Source: Ostrea edulis
Lineage: Eukaryota
NCBI RefSeq assembly: GCF_947568905.1
Contig: NC_079168.1
Coordinates: 47,554,001 to 47,618,000, forward strand
Length of the DNA stretch: 64,000 bases
Direction: 5' to 3'
Position 1 is the stretch's first letter. Each line of letters starts with the position of its first letter. The notes below the pieces were generated by a model. That model did not search any database. It worked only from the letters and a program-made list of their open reading frames with translations, and was not told where the DNA came from. This document shows positions 12,462-24,227 of the stretch, piece by piece. Position numbers and translations under genes: made by a program.

Positions 12462-14067
12462 GTAAGTACTGATCTTAAGGACAGATTTCACGTATGCTAA
12501 TATTACTAGGACAGAAAATTCAGTTTTATGTACCGTCATTGATGAAATATGATGATAGCAGAGGAGGTATGAAAATGCAGCACTATGCATGAAATGTAGG
12601 ACACTTAATGCCGATTTTGATTGAAACTATCAGTATATTAATCAAGTGATAAGAAGAATTTATCTTTAGCAAAATGTGGCCTAGCATCACATAATATGAG
12701 GAATCTACTGTAGTTCAACTGCTAAATGGAAGTGGTGTCATTTAAAGGTGTTCAGAATCATTTGGTCAAAATTAAAAAACAGCACAATATACCAATACCA
12801 CAGGCAATTCTATCGTTTAAAGAGTAAAATCGAACCCAAGCTATACAATTGCCTGTGGCTGGTATGTGATGGCTTCTTGATGCATAAAATTAACATCTGG
12901 GTATGTCGTGGTATTTGTATTCTGTGAAGAGTTATTTAACATCTGAGTATGCCATGGTATTTGTATTCTGTGAAGTATTTTGTAGATAAGCTCTTGGGGT
13001 ATAGACTTTCTTAAGTCACTTAAGTCACCCAGGTGACCTACTGATGTTGCGATTAGTGCTTGTCTGTCATCATCCATTATCATTTGAACATTATCGACTT
13101 CTTTGAAAGTACATGACCATTTTTCATTAAAAAATTCTATGGTTGCAGTGAACATCTGGGGTCTGAGTGGTGGAGTCCAAATCATTATCTTTTTCTTTAC
13201 TCTTATCAAACTGTGTGTATAGTCATGATGAGCAAATGTGCCTCCAGATTTGTGACATCCATCGTCACCGAGTCGGAGGTTCTGCTGCTAAGAAGGGCTT
13301 TATGATTCATGTAGTGGAAAAAAACCCATAATTTCTTCAATAATCTTCTCAACTTACATAATAATATTAAGAAGAGAAGCTTCTACCAAAATTGTGAAAT
13401 TCTTGGCTCTTTGGCATGACTGCTGTGAGGTTATATGTTCCATAAAGTAAAAATGCATTATTTCTTTAAAACTCTACCTCTTGACTCCTGAACATGAAAC
13501 AATCCCACCGAGTACATAGTAATAACAACAAGGTAAACTCTAACTTTTAATTTTCTCCTGTATTCATGAAAATTAAGCAAACAGCTAGCCCCTGTAAACA
13601 AGGTTAAGCTGTTATAGGAGAATCACCATGTACATCTACGTGTTCGTCTTCGGCTTATCCCTTCCACTTTGCATCTGGGCAACAAACTTAAGATATAGAG
13701 ACATTAGAAGCACAAAAGTGGCTTATATCTAGATGATGTGTAATCATCCACTTAAAATCTAATGTGCATTGTTTTCCAGGTTTGAAAGATACAAGAAGAA
13801 AGTTAGAAATATTTTTTACCTGGCCATAAACTTTGTAATAGACAGATATTAGAAGTTCAGACGTGACACAAAAGTTACTTATATTTGGACAATTTGTTTT
13901 GACATTAGACCATTGTCATTTGGCCATCATTGGAGACATTGATAAAGATTTCAGAAATATTTGTTGCAGGCATTAAATTTGTAATAGAAAGATAATAGAA
14001 GCTCATTAATGACCAGTGCAATGTGACTTTATCCTGAGCCAATTCATCATTTGGCCAAGGACTATGT

Positions 14068-14712
14068 CATACTATTTGTAGGCATTGTGGAACTGCAGGC
14101 ATACTATTTGTAGGCATCGAGTCACTGCAGGCACACTATTTGTAGGCATCGTGTCACTGTGGACATACTATTTGTAGGCATCGAGTCACTGCAGGCATAC
14201 TATTTGTAGGCATCGAGTCACTGCAGGCATACTATTTGTATAGGCATTGTGTCACTGCAGGCATACTATTTGTAGGCATCATGTCACTGTGGACATACTA
14301 TTTGTAGGCATCATGTCACTGTGGGCATACTATTTGTAGGCATCGTGTCACTGCAGGCATACTATTTGTAGGCATCGTGTCACTGTGGGCATACTATTTG
14401 TAGGCATCGTGTCACTGTGGGCATACTATTTGTAGGCATCGTGTCACTGCGGGCATACTATTTGTAGGCATCGTGTCACTGTGGGCATACTATTTGTAGG
14501 CATCGTGTCACTGCAGGCATACTATTTGTAGGCATCGTGTCACTGTGGGCATACTATTTGTAGGCATCATGTCACTGTGGGCATACTATTTGTAGGCATC
14601 GAGTCACTGCAGGCATACTATTTGTAGGCATCGAGTCACTGCAGGCATACTATTTGTAGGCATCGAGTCACTGCAGGCATACTATTTGTAGGCATCGTGT
14701 CACTGCAGGCAT
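14068..14712. repeat. 32-bp intronic minisatellite, ~20 copies
   Basis: Unit catactatttgtaggcatcgtgtcactgcagg, with few variant positions. Confidence 0.95.
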
Positions 14713-14991
14713 AGCATGCAATACTAGATAGTTTCAGTAAATGTGTCTCATCTGCATATGGGTAGATAGACAGACCAAATGAGCAGTCATGGTATATTAT
14801 ATAATTATTGACATATTTTAGGTCAATGCGGTGTGTTAGCTACCCTTGAAGTATAATATTCACGAAGTCTTGAGGGTAAAGGTCAATATTGTATTTCAAG
14901 GGTAGCTAAAGGATCAACAAGAGTGAAATATTTGTGAAGATCTCCTTCATATCAGAACAACTACAATATAAATACTCTTCTTTTTTTTCAG

Positions 14992-15021
14992 ACATGAAAG
15001 TATCTGAATTACCTGTCGGAG
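14992..15021 (+). CDS. Small single-TM protein gene, 30-nt coding exon 3 (NMKVSELPVG)
   Basis: Strong acceptor tcttcttttttttcag and donor gtaagt. Phase 1/1 keeps the frame. Confidence 0.8.
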
Positions 15022-15163
15022 GTAAGTGTCCTGCCAGACCTATATTTACAGTTCTGTATTCATTTATAAAATCTGTATCTTAGCTCTTAATGGCTCAAGT
15101 AGTGTCCAGGTTTATAGAATTCTGTAAAAGAAATAGTAACTGCATGGTGAAAATATATTTTAG

Positions 15164-15255
15164 GTGCAGAGTGGCATCACTCATACAACTGGGATATGGT
15201 CAAAGACAAGGAAGAGGAACTCAAAAAACTACAGAATGATAGATACCGTCTATAA
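15164..15255 (+). CDS. Small single-TM protein gene, last coding exon (GAEWHHSYNWDMVKDKEEELKKLQNDRYRL*)
   Basis: Acceptor tattttag, TAA at 15253-15255, AATAAA at ~15353. Total CDS 441 nt = 146 aa. Confidence 0.8.
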
Positions 15256-15569
15256 ACTGTGATTTCTTTTGCTAGAGAAACTTATTAGTAATGAAAAGAA
15301 AGTGACATTATCATCAAGTATTTCTTGTTTGGTTTGTGATTCCATACAAAAAAATAAATGATATCTTTGACAATAATGATTTGCAATTGTCATTCAATTT
15401 TATGAACTGCAGGAAGTTACTATGATGAAGTTCATGAAATATTCCCGAAAAGTTTCACATCAACAGATAGTGGTTCTCGCTGTTATTCATTGTTAAAGAT
15501 AGAAATAACACTTCTCTGTCTTAATATTTGCAATTGGTATGATTTTGTAAAATAAAAAGTTGTGATTTT

Positions 15570-15573
<4 letters not shown>

Positions 15574-15606
<33 letters not shown>
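15574..15606. repeat. (TA)n microsatellite
   Basis: Direct reading. Confidence 0.95.
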
Positions 15607-15609
<3 letters not shown>

Positions 15610-16064
15610 CTAAAGAAAAAAATGTAGACTTGCCTAGATGGTCTAGCGCGCTGGTTAAATGCTGCTGGGAGATTTGGTTCCACAAGTCGTGAGTTCAACC
15701 CCAAAAAACATAACTGCCCTATTAAAGTGAAGAAATATTTCATATAAAGCATAACTGAGGTATGTAAAGCATTTAGAGACATTAACCTTTTAATTTTAAG
15801 TAAATTTTTGTAGATGGTTTGATATCTTGTGAAAGGGTTTTTAGAACAAGTTTCATATCAATGCCTCGTAGAAATGTGCAGAAAATGAAGTGGTGGACGA
15901 TGGACAGACAAAGCAAGAGAAATCCTATATTACTGGCAGGTTAGCTGCAGAATTGTTGCTCTCTGCAAAAAATCATGGGAAAGATCAGAGAGCTACAGAT
16001 CCACCTCTTATAAAAGCATTCGAGTTACAGCGCACAAAAAATGCGCATGGTTCATGCCAAATCA

Positions 16065-17135
16065 AACGGCGTTATTACGCATTTAATTAAAAGGCATTAT
16101 AATGCAAAGTGAAAAGGCGTAATAACGCGATTTAAAAGGCGTTATGACGCAAATGAAAAGGCGATATTTCGCCTTTGAAAGGCATGATGCGAAGTGAAAA
16201 GATGTATTTTCACAACAACAAAAATGCAGGCAAGATAGGGAAACCCTAGGACTATCGTTTTCCACTCTTGGTAAGGGCTGTAGGGGTACCACATAAGGCC
16301 TCCCAAGGGTGAAGTCACATCTCAGACCTCTCTAATGATTGAATATGGGTGATCGAATGAAACAAAACTGATACAGGGATAGAGAACATAGAGCCATTAA
16401 AAGGGGTCACATTGGCCTTTTAGTGGTAAATGAGCTTAGTTGAAAGTACCCAATTTTGCATCATGTAGGTCATAATGATGGTTAATAACAATCATTGAAG
16501 AGCCCACAAAAGGAGTATGCAGGCAAGTTGGGGGACCCCTACTACTATCTATCGAATATTTTGTACAATACATAATAACATCATATTTATCGTACACTGT
16601 TCATAAATATACCTTTCATTTGCATTATTACGTCTTCCTCTCGCGTTAAAACCCCTTCTGAATCCGCGTTACTAGTAATACGGCTTTCTTTCGCGTTATT
16701 ACGCCTTTGATTCGCGTTATTACACTCTTCTTTTTCTTTTAATCTAACTAAAATCAGACTTCTTAGATCCGTGCCATATACTCTGCGTAAGAAGCGATTG
16801 TGAGCGTATCTTAGGATCTGATTTTAATTAGATTGATCTTTCTTCTCGTTATTACGCCTCTCATTCGCGTTATTGCGCTGTTTCGCGTTAATACGCCTTA
16901 GTTTCGCGGTCGTTATATAACACCTTTGTTTTGCAGTACAACGCCTTTTGAATCCGCGTTATTACGCCTTTATTTTGCGTTATTATACCTTTATTTTGCG
17001 TTCTTACGCCTTTATTTTGCGTTATTACGCCTTTATTTTGCGTTATTACGCCTTTATTTTGCATTATTACGCCTTTGTTTTGAGTTATTATGCCTTTGTT
17101 TTGCGTTATGATGCTATTACGCAATTTGTTCTTTA
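16065..17135. mobile_element. Foldback-like element with inverted GCGTTATTACGCC subrepeats, including a 21-bp tandem array at ~16960-17120
   Basis: Left arm aggcgtaataacgc, right arm gcgttattacgcc(tttattttg)n. Explains ORFs 16888..17124, 16926..17111 and 16948..17193. Confidence 0.65.
16741..16835. mobile_element. ~95-bp mini-MITE, TIR aatctaa(c/t)taaaatcaga
   Basis: ~25-bp imperfect TIR related to the element at 26732/27634-27707. No clear TSD. Confidence 0.55.
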
Positions 17136-17333
17136 CGTTATCTCAATCGGCTTTAGGTGCAATGCCGTTAATGTTAATGAGTTAAATATTTAAATTTACT
17201 TGCCATAGAAATGTCCGCTTTCTAGCGAGAAAATAAATACGATATTTAGGTTTATTTTGAATTTCAAATATTTGTACACAAGTCGAGACATTTTCTGACT
17301 ATTGATCGCGATCAATACCAGCATGTGCAACTC

Positions 17334-17427
17334 TAATCTCGTTTGAGATTCGACTCGGCTGAATATTTGGACTGACGCCTTCAGTCCAAATATTCAATTC
17401 CGCCGAGTTGAATCTCAGTCGAGATTA
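17334..17427. mobile_element. 94-bp palindromic mini-MITE with 9-bp TSD
   Basis: taatctcg...cgagatta with central hairpin gaatatttggactga-cgcct-tcagtccaaatattc. gtgcaactc at 17325-17333 and 17428-17436. Confidence 0.8.
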
Positions 17428-19718
17428 GTGCAACTCATAATCGATTACATTGCAAACTAGAAAACTCAACATGGCACTGTAAATCGTTTATTGAATAGAA
17501 AGAAAGTACCGTGCATATAAGTATCCTTTTGTCATGTAAAATCATAAATTAAAAACAGAAAATGTTGACTTTTAAAGCAACTAGTGATCATTGCTGGAAT
17601 ACTTATGGTTCCGCCAGCACTGCCTAGATCTATAAATAACACGCCAGAGGATTCTGATATGGATGGAAAGTGGAGGATAAGTACAATAATATTTTGAAAT
17701 TGAAAACTTTCAAATTTACATGTATTGCTGATATCTATATTTTCATTCAAGTTTCAAAAGGAAGTCAGCCATTATGAAGATGTAGTTTTCCAACTTATAA
17801 ATGCTCAGTTATTTTGAAAATACACACACATATTTGTTTTGAAATATCAATCAATAGATCTCATTTTACTGAAATCATGGCCCTGGAGCATAGGCGGATC
17901 CAGGAATTTGTGAAAGGGGGGGGGGGTCTAGCACTTGATCTTTACGGTATTTTTCACAATATCCACCTCACCCCATTTGCATCTTTTGCTTGTGTTCATA
18001 ACATCTTTGGGAGATCTTTTAGACAGTTTTATACCTGGAAATGCTTTGATTATTTCCCCCCCCTCCAGTTCTAGTTATTGTTATCGCCATACTTAAATCT
18101 GATTTTAAATACTAAAAAAGAAGCTGATTTTAAAAATGTTTCTCCCAGGAGGCTGGGGCCCCCAGAAGCACTGCGGTAAATGGTTCAAATCCTGCATTCT
18201 GAGCATTTCCTGGCACTTCTTTTTCACTTTTAAATTGTCTGCTTCTGAAACAAAACTTTTATGTTACATATACTTCTGAGGTCGTACTTGTATCTGACGA
18301 AAATATCGTAAATACAGTATCAGTGTGTCGTCTTATTTATCCCTAGAATTAAATGATACACTGGTGTTAATAAATTTGAATGATGCAATTACATGCAAGT
18401 ATCCACCTTTCATATCATTTTGACTCAAAGTCTCGTTAGAATTGATAACTTAATTTTTTTGGTCCGCGGAAGTGGAGTGGGGGGTCCCGCCCTTGCTGGA
18501 GGGTAGGGTGGGGGGCGTCTGAGCTCAATAGGGGATCAAATCTTTACATGGCAATATATATGGAGGGGGTTAAGAACAGCTGTACCATGATTAGTCATAT
18601 CAGTACCCTAAGGATCTTCAGGTAGTGCAGATTCAAACTTGTAAAATTATTGCTTTCTTTTATATACTACATGACTCTTCTCTGTATATATAAAACAAAG
18701 AAATGGGGGGATCAGAAGAGTCGTGGATGTTGAAAATCATGACAGGTCCATGTGCAATCTCTACCCAGATCATGACAGGTCCATGTGCAATCTCTACCCA
18801 GAGTTCTCGAGAGCCCAAATAGGACACAAGGAACATTACATACATAGGAAAGAAAGCCAAACAGATATAGTTCAGTAACATCAATTGAGATATAGTGACA
18901 TACCTCTATACTTTTAAAGTTTGGGACAAAATTACATTGTTAAACAAAGAGAAAGGAGTCATTGCACATCATGTTTATAATTCAAGTAAACAACTTTAAG
19001 GCGTTTGTTTCATATACTATAGCTTACGAAGTTTGAGACAAGCGCCTATAGGTGTGTGCGAGTATAAAGAACGATATATTGGTCCCTGTGTTTAAACTCC
19101 TTTTATATGGTATATATGTTTCGGATAAATTAAACATTACTTGATTTTTTAAATTGCCATATACATGGCAAGCAAACATTCTGGAAATTCATATCAATTG
19201 ATTGATGAATGGTTATATCTATTAAGGTAGATCGATCCTCATGTGAATAAAAAAAATTATACACGAGAAAAAGTCTATAATGTTGATTGTACATAAACTT
19301 GCAATAGAAAGTGGTAGATTAATTCCCATCAATGAATGAAAGATGTTGTAATGCTTGCAATACTAGTGTGATCGAGGATGAAATTCATTTTCTTTTTCAA
19401 TGTAAATCTTATTCTAAGCTAAGAAAGACTACATAAAAATCATACAAACATTATTCAATGATGTTCAATGGGCCTTTGCCAATTATTGTAATTGTGTTTG
19501 TACCAATAAATATTTGTATTTGTGATGTCATAGGGTTTTGCAAAAATCTTTATAAATTAAACTTTCACATGATAGAAATATATCTTTCAAAGGGTTTTAT
19601 TCACTGGATAAAATGAAAATTCTGGTAAACTATTGAAAGTGAAAAAGTTTGTGAAAGTGAAAAAGTTTGTATTTTCCATCTAGATAATCAATTTATGATA
19701 ATAAAAATGCTGGACATC

Positions 19719-20706
19719 TATGGAGCGCCAAATTAACATAAACTCAAATAATTGAAGATATCTTCAATTATTTGAAGATATCATCAATTCAATTATTGCT
19801 CTCTTTAATTGAATTAATGCGCGCATTAAATCAATTATTGCTCTCATCAAATGAATTAATGCGCGCTTCAATTCAATTATTGCTCTCATCAATTGAGTTA
19901 ATGCGCGCATCAATTGAATTAATGAGAGCAATAATTGATTTAATGCGCGCATTAATTCAGTTATTGCTCTCTTCAATTCAATTGATGCGCGCATAAATTC
20001 AATTAATGAGAGCAATAATAGATTTGATGCGCGCATTAATTCAATTATTGCTCTCTTCAATTCATTTGATGAGAGCATCAGTTTAGTAGAAATATTGCTC
20101 GCAATAATTAATTTAGAGCTCGGTATAAATAATTTGATGATCTCTTTAATTCAATTGAAGACATCTTTAAATCATTTACAATGCTTTTGTATAAGGAATT
20201 AATGCGCACATCAATTCTTTTAAAGGGAGCAACAATTCAATTTTAATTAAAGAGATCATTAATTAAATTGTGGTTATGTTGAATTGAAGATATCTTTAAT
20301 TATACAGTTGCTCTCTCTAAAAGAATTATTGCTCTCTTCAAATGAATTAATGCGCGCATCAATTCAATTATTGCTCTCATCAATTGATTTAATGCGCGCG
20401 TTATATCAATTATTACTCTCTTCAATTGAATTGTAGCGCGCATCAATTCAATTGTTGATATCATTAATTAATTTGAAGAGATCATTAATTCAATTAAAGC
20501 GCGCATCAAATCAGCTGAAGAATCAATGTTCTCATCAATTCAATTAATGCGCGCAATAATTCAGAATTGAATATAATCAAGATATCGTTAATTATTTGAA
20601 GAAATCTTTAATTCAATTGTTGCGCGCATCAAATGAAATGATGATATCTTCAAATAATTGAAGATATCTTCAATTATTTGAGTTTATGTTAAATTGGCGC
20701 TCCATA
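19719..20706. mobile_element. 988-bp TIR element filled with ~21-bp self-complementary repeats
   Basis: ~60-bp near-perfect TIR tatggagcgcca(a/t)attaacataaactcaaataattgaagatatc. The TSD is either TA or gacatc (19713-19718 and 20707-20712). Confidence 0.85.
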
Positions 20707-21225
20707 GACATCATGGGCTCCTATGGTCAGGGTATTTCCTCTACTGTATGTTTATCATACAATGATTCCCCTATTATCTACAAATAATTGATACATAGCT
20801 ATAAATTAGCAGTTTTTCTAAACTGATGACATTAGATATTTGTCATTTTACAAATAACAAGTGTTTATCTATTCTTATTATTCCGTTTTAAGAAAATGTG
20901 TAATTTTCTAATGTTGATGTATACTTCTGTTTTTGTGTGTCTGACATCTTAAAAAAGGTGGCTACATACACATTTTCATTAGTTATTAATTAAATTAAAC
21001 TACATTGAGTGGAAATCAATACAGTTTTTTCCACTTTCAACCATTGATATAAGTCACGCGATGGTGGAGCTCCCTTAAGCGAATGTGTTGACGTTCGAAT
21101 TACTGTTAGTCAAATTCTACTTTCGCTTTTTAATAACATGTGCGACTTTGTCGTTCAAAAATGTAAGTTAGTTTCATATACATATATGTCAGAAACTGTA
21201 CTTTTTCCAAGTGTATTCTAATAGG

Positions 21226-21852
21226 ATGACTGTGATATTTGCAAAGTATGTCGCTAGAGTTACAAATATCGCAATAATTCCCAACAAAACACTACTTCAG
21301 AGATGTACCTATAGATGTTACAGCACAGAGAAGCCGAAACTAGAATTAACTCTGGCTATTCTTAAGCCCGATGTAACATCTCGTCCTCACATTGTGGAAG
21401 ACATTCATGACATTATCAAAGAGAATGGATTCTTCTTTGTGTTATCTAGGCATTTACATTTAACTCGTGCAAATGCAGAAGAATTTTATAAGGAACACCA
21501 TGGTAAATTTTTTCACAACCGCTTGGTGAATTTCATGTCAAGTGGTCACATCTGGACGCATGTCTTAGCCCGTGAAAATGCTGTTGCACACTGGAGGAAA
21601 TTGATGGGTCCCACCAAAGTGTTCCGGACCATTCACTCTGAGCCTCATTCCATCAGAGGACTGTTCGGACTGACAGACACAAGAAATGTGTGTCATGGCT
21701 CAGATTCACCTGAGAATGCCTTGAAGGAAATCGAATTCTTCTTTCCAGAATTCAATGCAGAGAAGTGGTACAAAGAAGATGAACAATTATATTTTCATGA
21801 AAATGTAATATTTTGCAATGAATCCTTGACCCATGTACTAAAGAAGAAATAA
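21226..21852 (+). CDS. NME6: Nucleoside diphosphate kinase 6 (208 aa, N-terminal mitochondrial-type presequence)
   Basis: LTLAILKPD, LMGPTKVFR, SIRGLFGLTDTRNVCHGSDS and FFPEF..WY are NME6-like, and the catalytic His is retained. First ATG after acceptor ctaatag (21224); the ORF track used a GTG at 21211. Confidence 0.93.
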   Translation: MTVIFAKYVARVTNIAIIPNKTLLQRCTYRCYSTEKPKLELTLAILKPDVTSRPHIVEDIHDIIKENGFFFVLSRHLHLTRANAEEFYKEHHGKFFHNRLVNFMSSGHIWTHVLARENAVAHWRKLMGPTKVFRTIHSEPHSIRGLFGLTDTRNVCHGSDSPENALKEIEFFFPEFNAEKWYKEDEQLYFHENVIFCNESLTHVLKKK

Positions 21853-22162
21853 GTCTGTCATCCAAGCTGAATATTTAGTAACCACTGATCTTGAATTCAT
21901 GTGTGAATTAACAAAAGGAGTATATTATGTTTCATATTCATGTGTAAATGTTGTGCAAGAATTATGGACAAATAAATATCAGCTTCCCTTTTATTATCAA
22001 GAATATAGAATCCTCACTGGTCATGCATGCATATTCTATGTGATACTAGTTTTTGGCTCAAAGGCTCAAGTGGGCTTTTCTGATAAAAAATTTTCAGGTG
22101 TCTGTTGTCATTGTCATCATTAACTTTCACATTTTTATCATCTCAAAAAGCATTGTTCTTAA

Positions 22163-22480
22163 GGTAGTACTCTACATCGTCATAATGGCTGACTTCCTTT
22201 AAAAACATGGATGAAAAAATCGATATCAGCAATATTTGACTTTTCCTTTTCTATTTAAATACCTAGCCGAGTAGCTCAGTAGGTTAGAATACCGAATGCT
22301 GAACTGTAGGTCGCAGGTTCGAGTCCAGCAGGGGTTTTAAATTTTTTTCAGATTACCTTCTACTAAAACTGTATTTTTTGACAAAATAAAGTAAATTTGA
22401 AATTTTTCAACTTCAAAATATTGTTGTACATATCCTCCACTTTTCATCTACATCAAATTTCTCTGGTGTAGCATACCTCC
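22163..22480 (+). mobile_element. Non-autonomous Kolobok-like element with internal tRNA-like Pol III promoter
   Basis: TTAA at 22159-22162 and 22481-22484. GG...CC termini with an 11/16 TIR match. A box tagctcagtagg (22272), B box ggttcgagtcc (22316), downstream T-runs. Confidence 0.7.
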
Positions 22481-22995
22481 TTAAGTTAGGTGAATTCAAG
22501 GTTTTTTTTATGCCCATGACTAAAGTCAAAGACTCGAAGGCATATTGTTTTCGTCCTGCCCGTCTGTCTAAGCAAAACTTCAACCATAATCATAACTTTT
22601 GAATGGTGAGTGATAGTGCTCTCATATTTCATATGTACATTCCTTGGTACCAAAGTTTTTAACCTCGTAATCTTGACCTAGGAGTTTGACCTACTCTTAA
22701 GGAAACCTAACCTATGCAATGTCTCCTGAATTATTATACCCCACGCAAGTATAATGTTTTTGACCTGTCCGTAAGTCCCTTTTTTTGTTGGCGCAACTCC
22801 TCCGAGACCGCTGAACAGAATTTTGTGAAACTTTTTAGTTAATAAGGACGCACTGTGTAGATGTGCATATTCCCAGGAAATTCTGAATTAATAATTTTTC
22901 TGGGAGTTATGCCCCTTTTGAACTTAGAATTTCGAGGCTGTCTGTCCTGTTCTTGCAGTAATGCATAGAATTACCATTCATTATGTGAGGCATTG

Positions 22996-23036
<41 letters not shown>

Positions 23037-24227
23037 TCTGCTTTCTTTTTTAAGGTAGGGTTTTTATATTAATTATGTACATAGGTGCTTGGGTCATGGA
23101 TAATGTAAATAAAGACTATAAAGTTATAGAGGAAATTTGAACTAGGATTGTGACATTTTTTCCCCACTCCATGATGGGTCCAATAAGTCCCCAGTCTAAA
23201 TTTAATTGCATAGAATAATGCTTATAAAATGCTTAATGAGTGCTTATTGCCACAAAATTTACTAAACTGAAGATTCCAGACCTTTCCCTTTTACGACTCA
23301 AATAAAAAGGTACGTAGTACATCGTCTTAATATTAAACTGACAAACATTATTCTAAAATTTGAACATCTAGAATCTTGTCTGGGTCACAGGTGTCAATCA
23401 TGTACAAATGTATAAGAACACAATTCCTGCTGCGACAGGGACCTCTCTTTTTAAGGTCATAGTCAAAAGCGAGGCCTATGATTCTCATGCATGTCTAGAT
23501 GCTGAACGTTGGCAAAGGAGCAATCACTATACCTACATGTATGTTTACAACTAGGTCTGATACAGCCATGGCATGAGTATAGTGCTAGAACTCATGACCT
23601 CCCAGTTAGGAAGTGAACACTCTTTCCCCTGAGCTACTGCGACCAGTACATGGGGATATATAGGAAATATCTTTAAAAATCTTCTCAACACCAGCAGGGC
23701 CATAAGTAATGGTATTAATATGCAAGCATCCACTGGTAGTGTAGATTCAATAAGGGACTTGAATGAATTGTGACCAGTCAATAGAGAATGCTCATTCCTC
23801 CTGGGCACCTGATCCCACCTCGGACAATGTATAAAAACTAAATGCAAATATAGGAAAAGGGATGTACCAAAAATTGTGAATTTCACAACCTCGGGGTTCT
23901 GACTCTTGAGTGGTTCCAAAATGGTCATATGGTGTTAATATAGCATATATTATGTAGTTATTACTATAGGCACTTTTGGGGGCACTTGTTTTATACCGTT
24001 GTTGAATATTAGATGCCGAACAGGAAAATTATAGATTTCATAGCCCTTGGCACAAGTGATACTTTTAACTAATATACCTAGGTGAGCGATAAGTCCTTTG
24101 GGCTTCTTGTCTTAATTATCTCCCCTTTGAAGGGCCTTCATTTGAACAAATTTGAATCCCCTTTATCCAAGGATGATTTGTCTCAAGTTTGATTAAAATT
24201 GGCCCTGCAGTTCTAGATTATTAAAGA

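Noticed and set aside
13224-13275. C/D-box snoRNA in an intron (ATGATGA...CCGA)
   Set aside because: The D box is imperfect, there is no terminal stem, and no recognisable rRNA antisense element.
14068-14712. 32-bp repeats as a CRISPR array
   Set aside because: Units are contiguous with no unique spacers, there are no cas genes, and the context is a eukaryotic intron.
19764-20078. Heptad 'coiled-coil' ORFs on both strands
   Set aside because: Products of the 21-bp internal repeats of a TIR element.
22261-22335. Functional tRNA gene
   Set aside because: A and B boxes are present, but the acceptor, D and anticodon stems do not pair.
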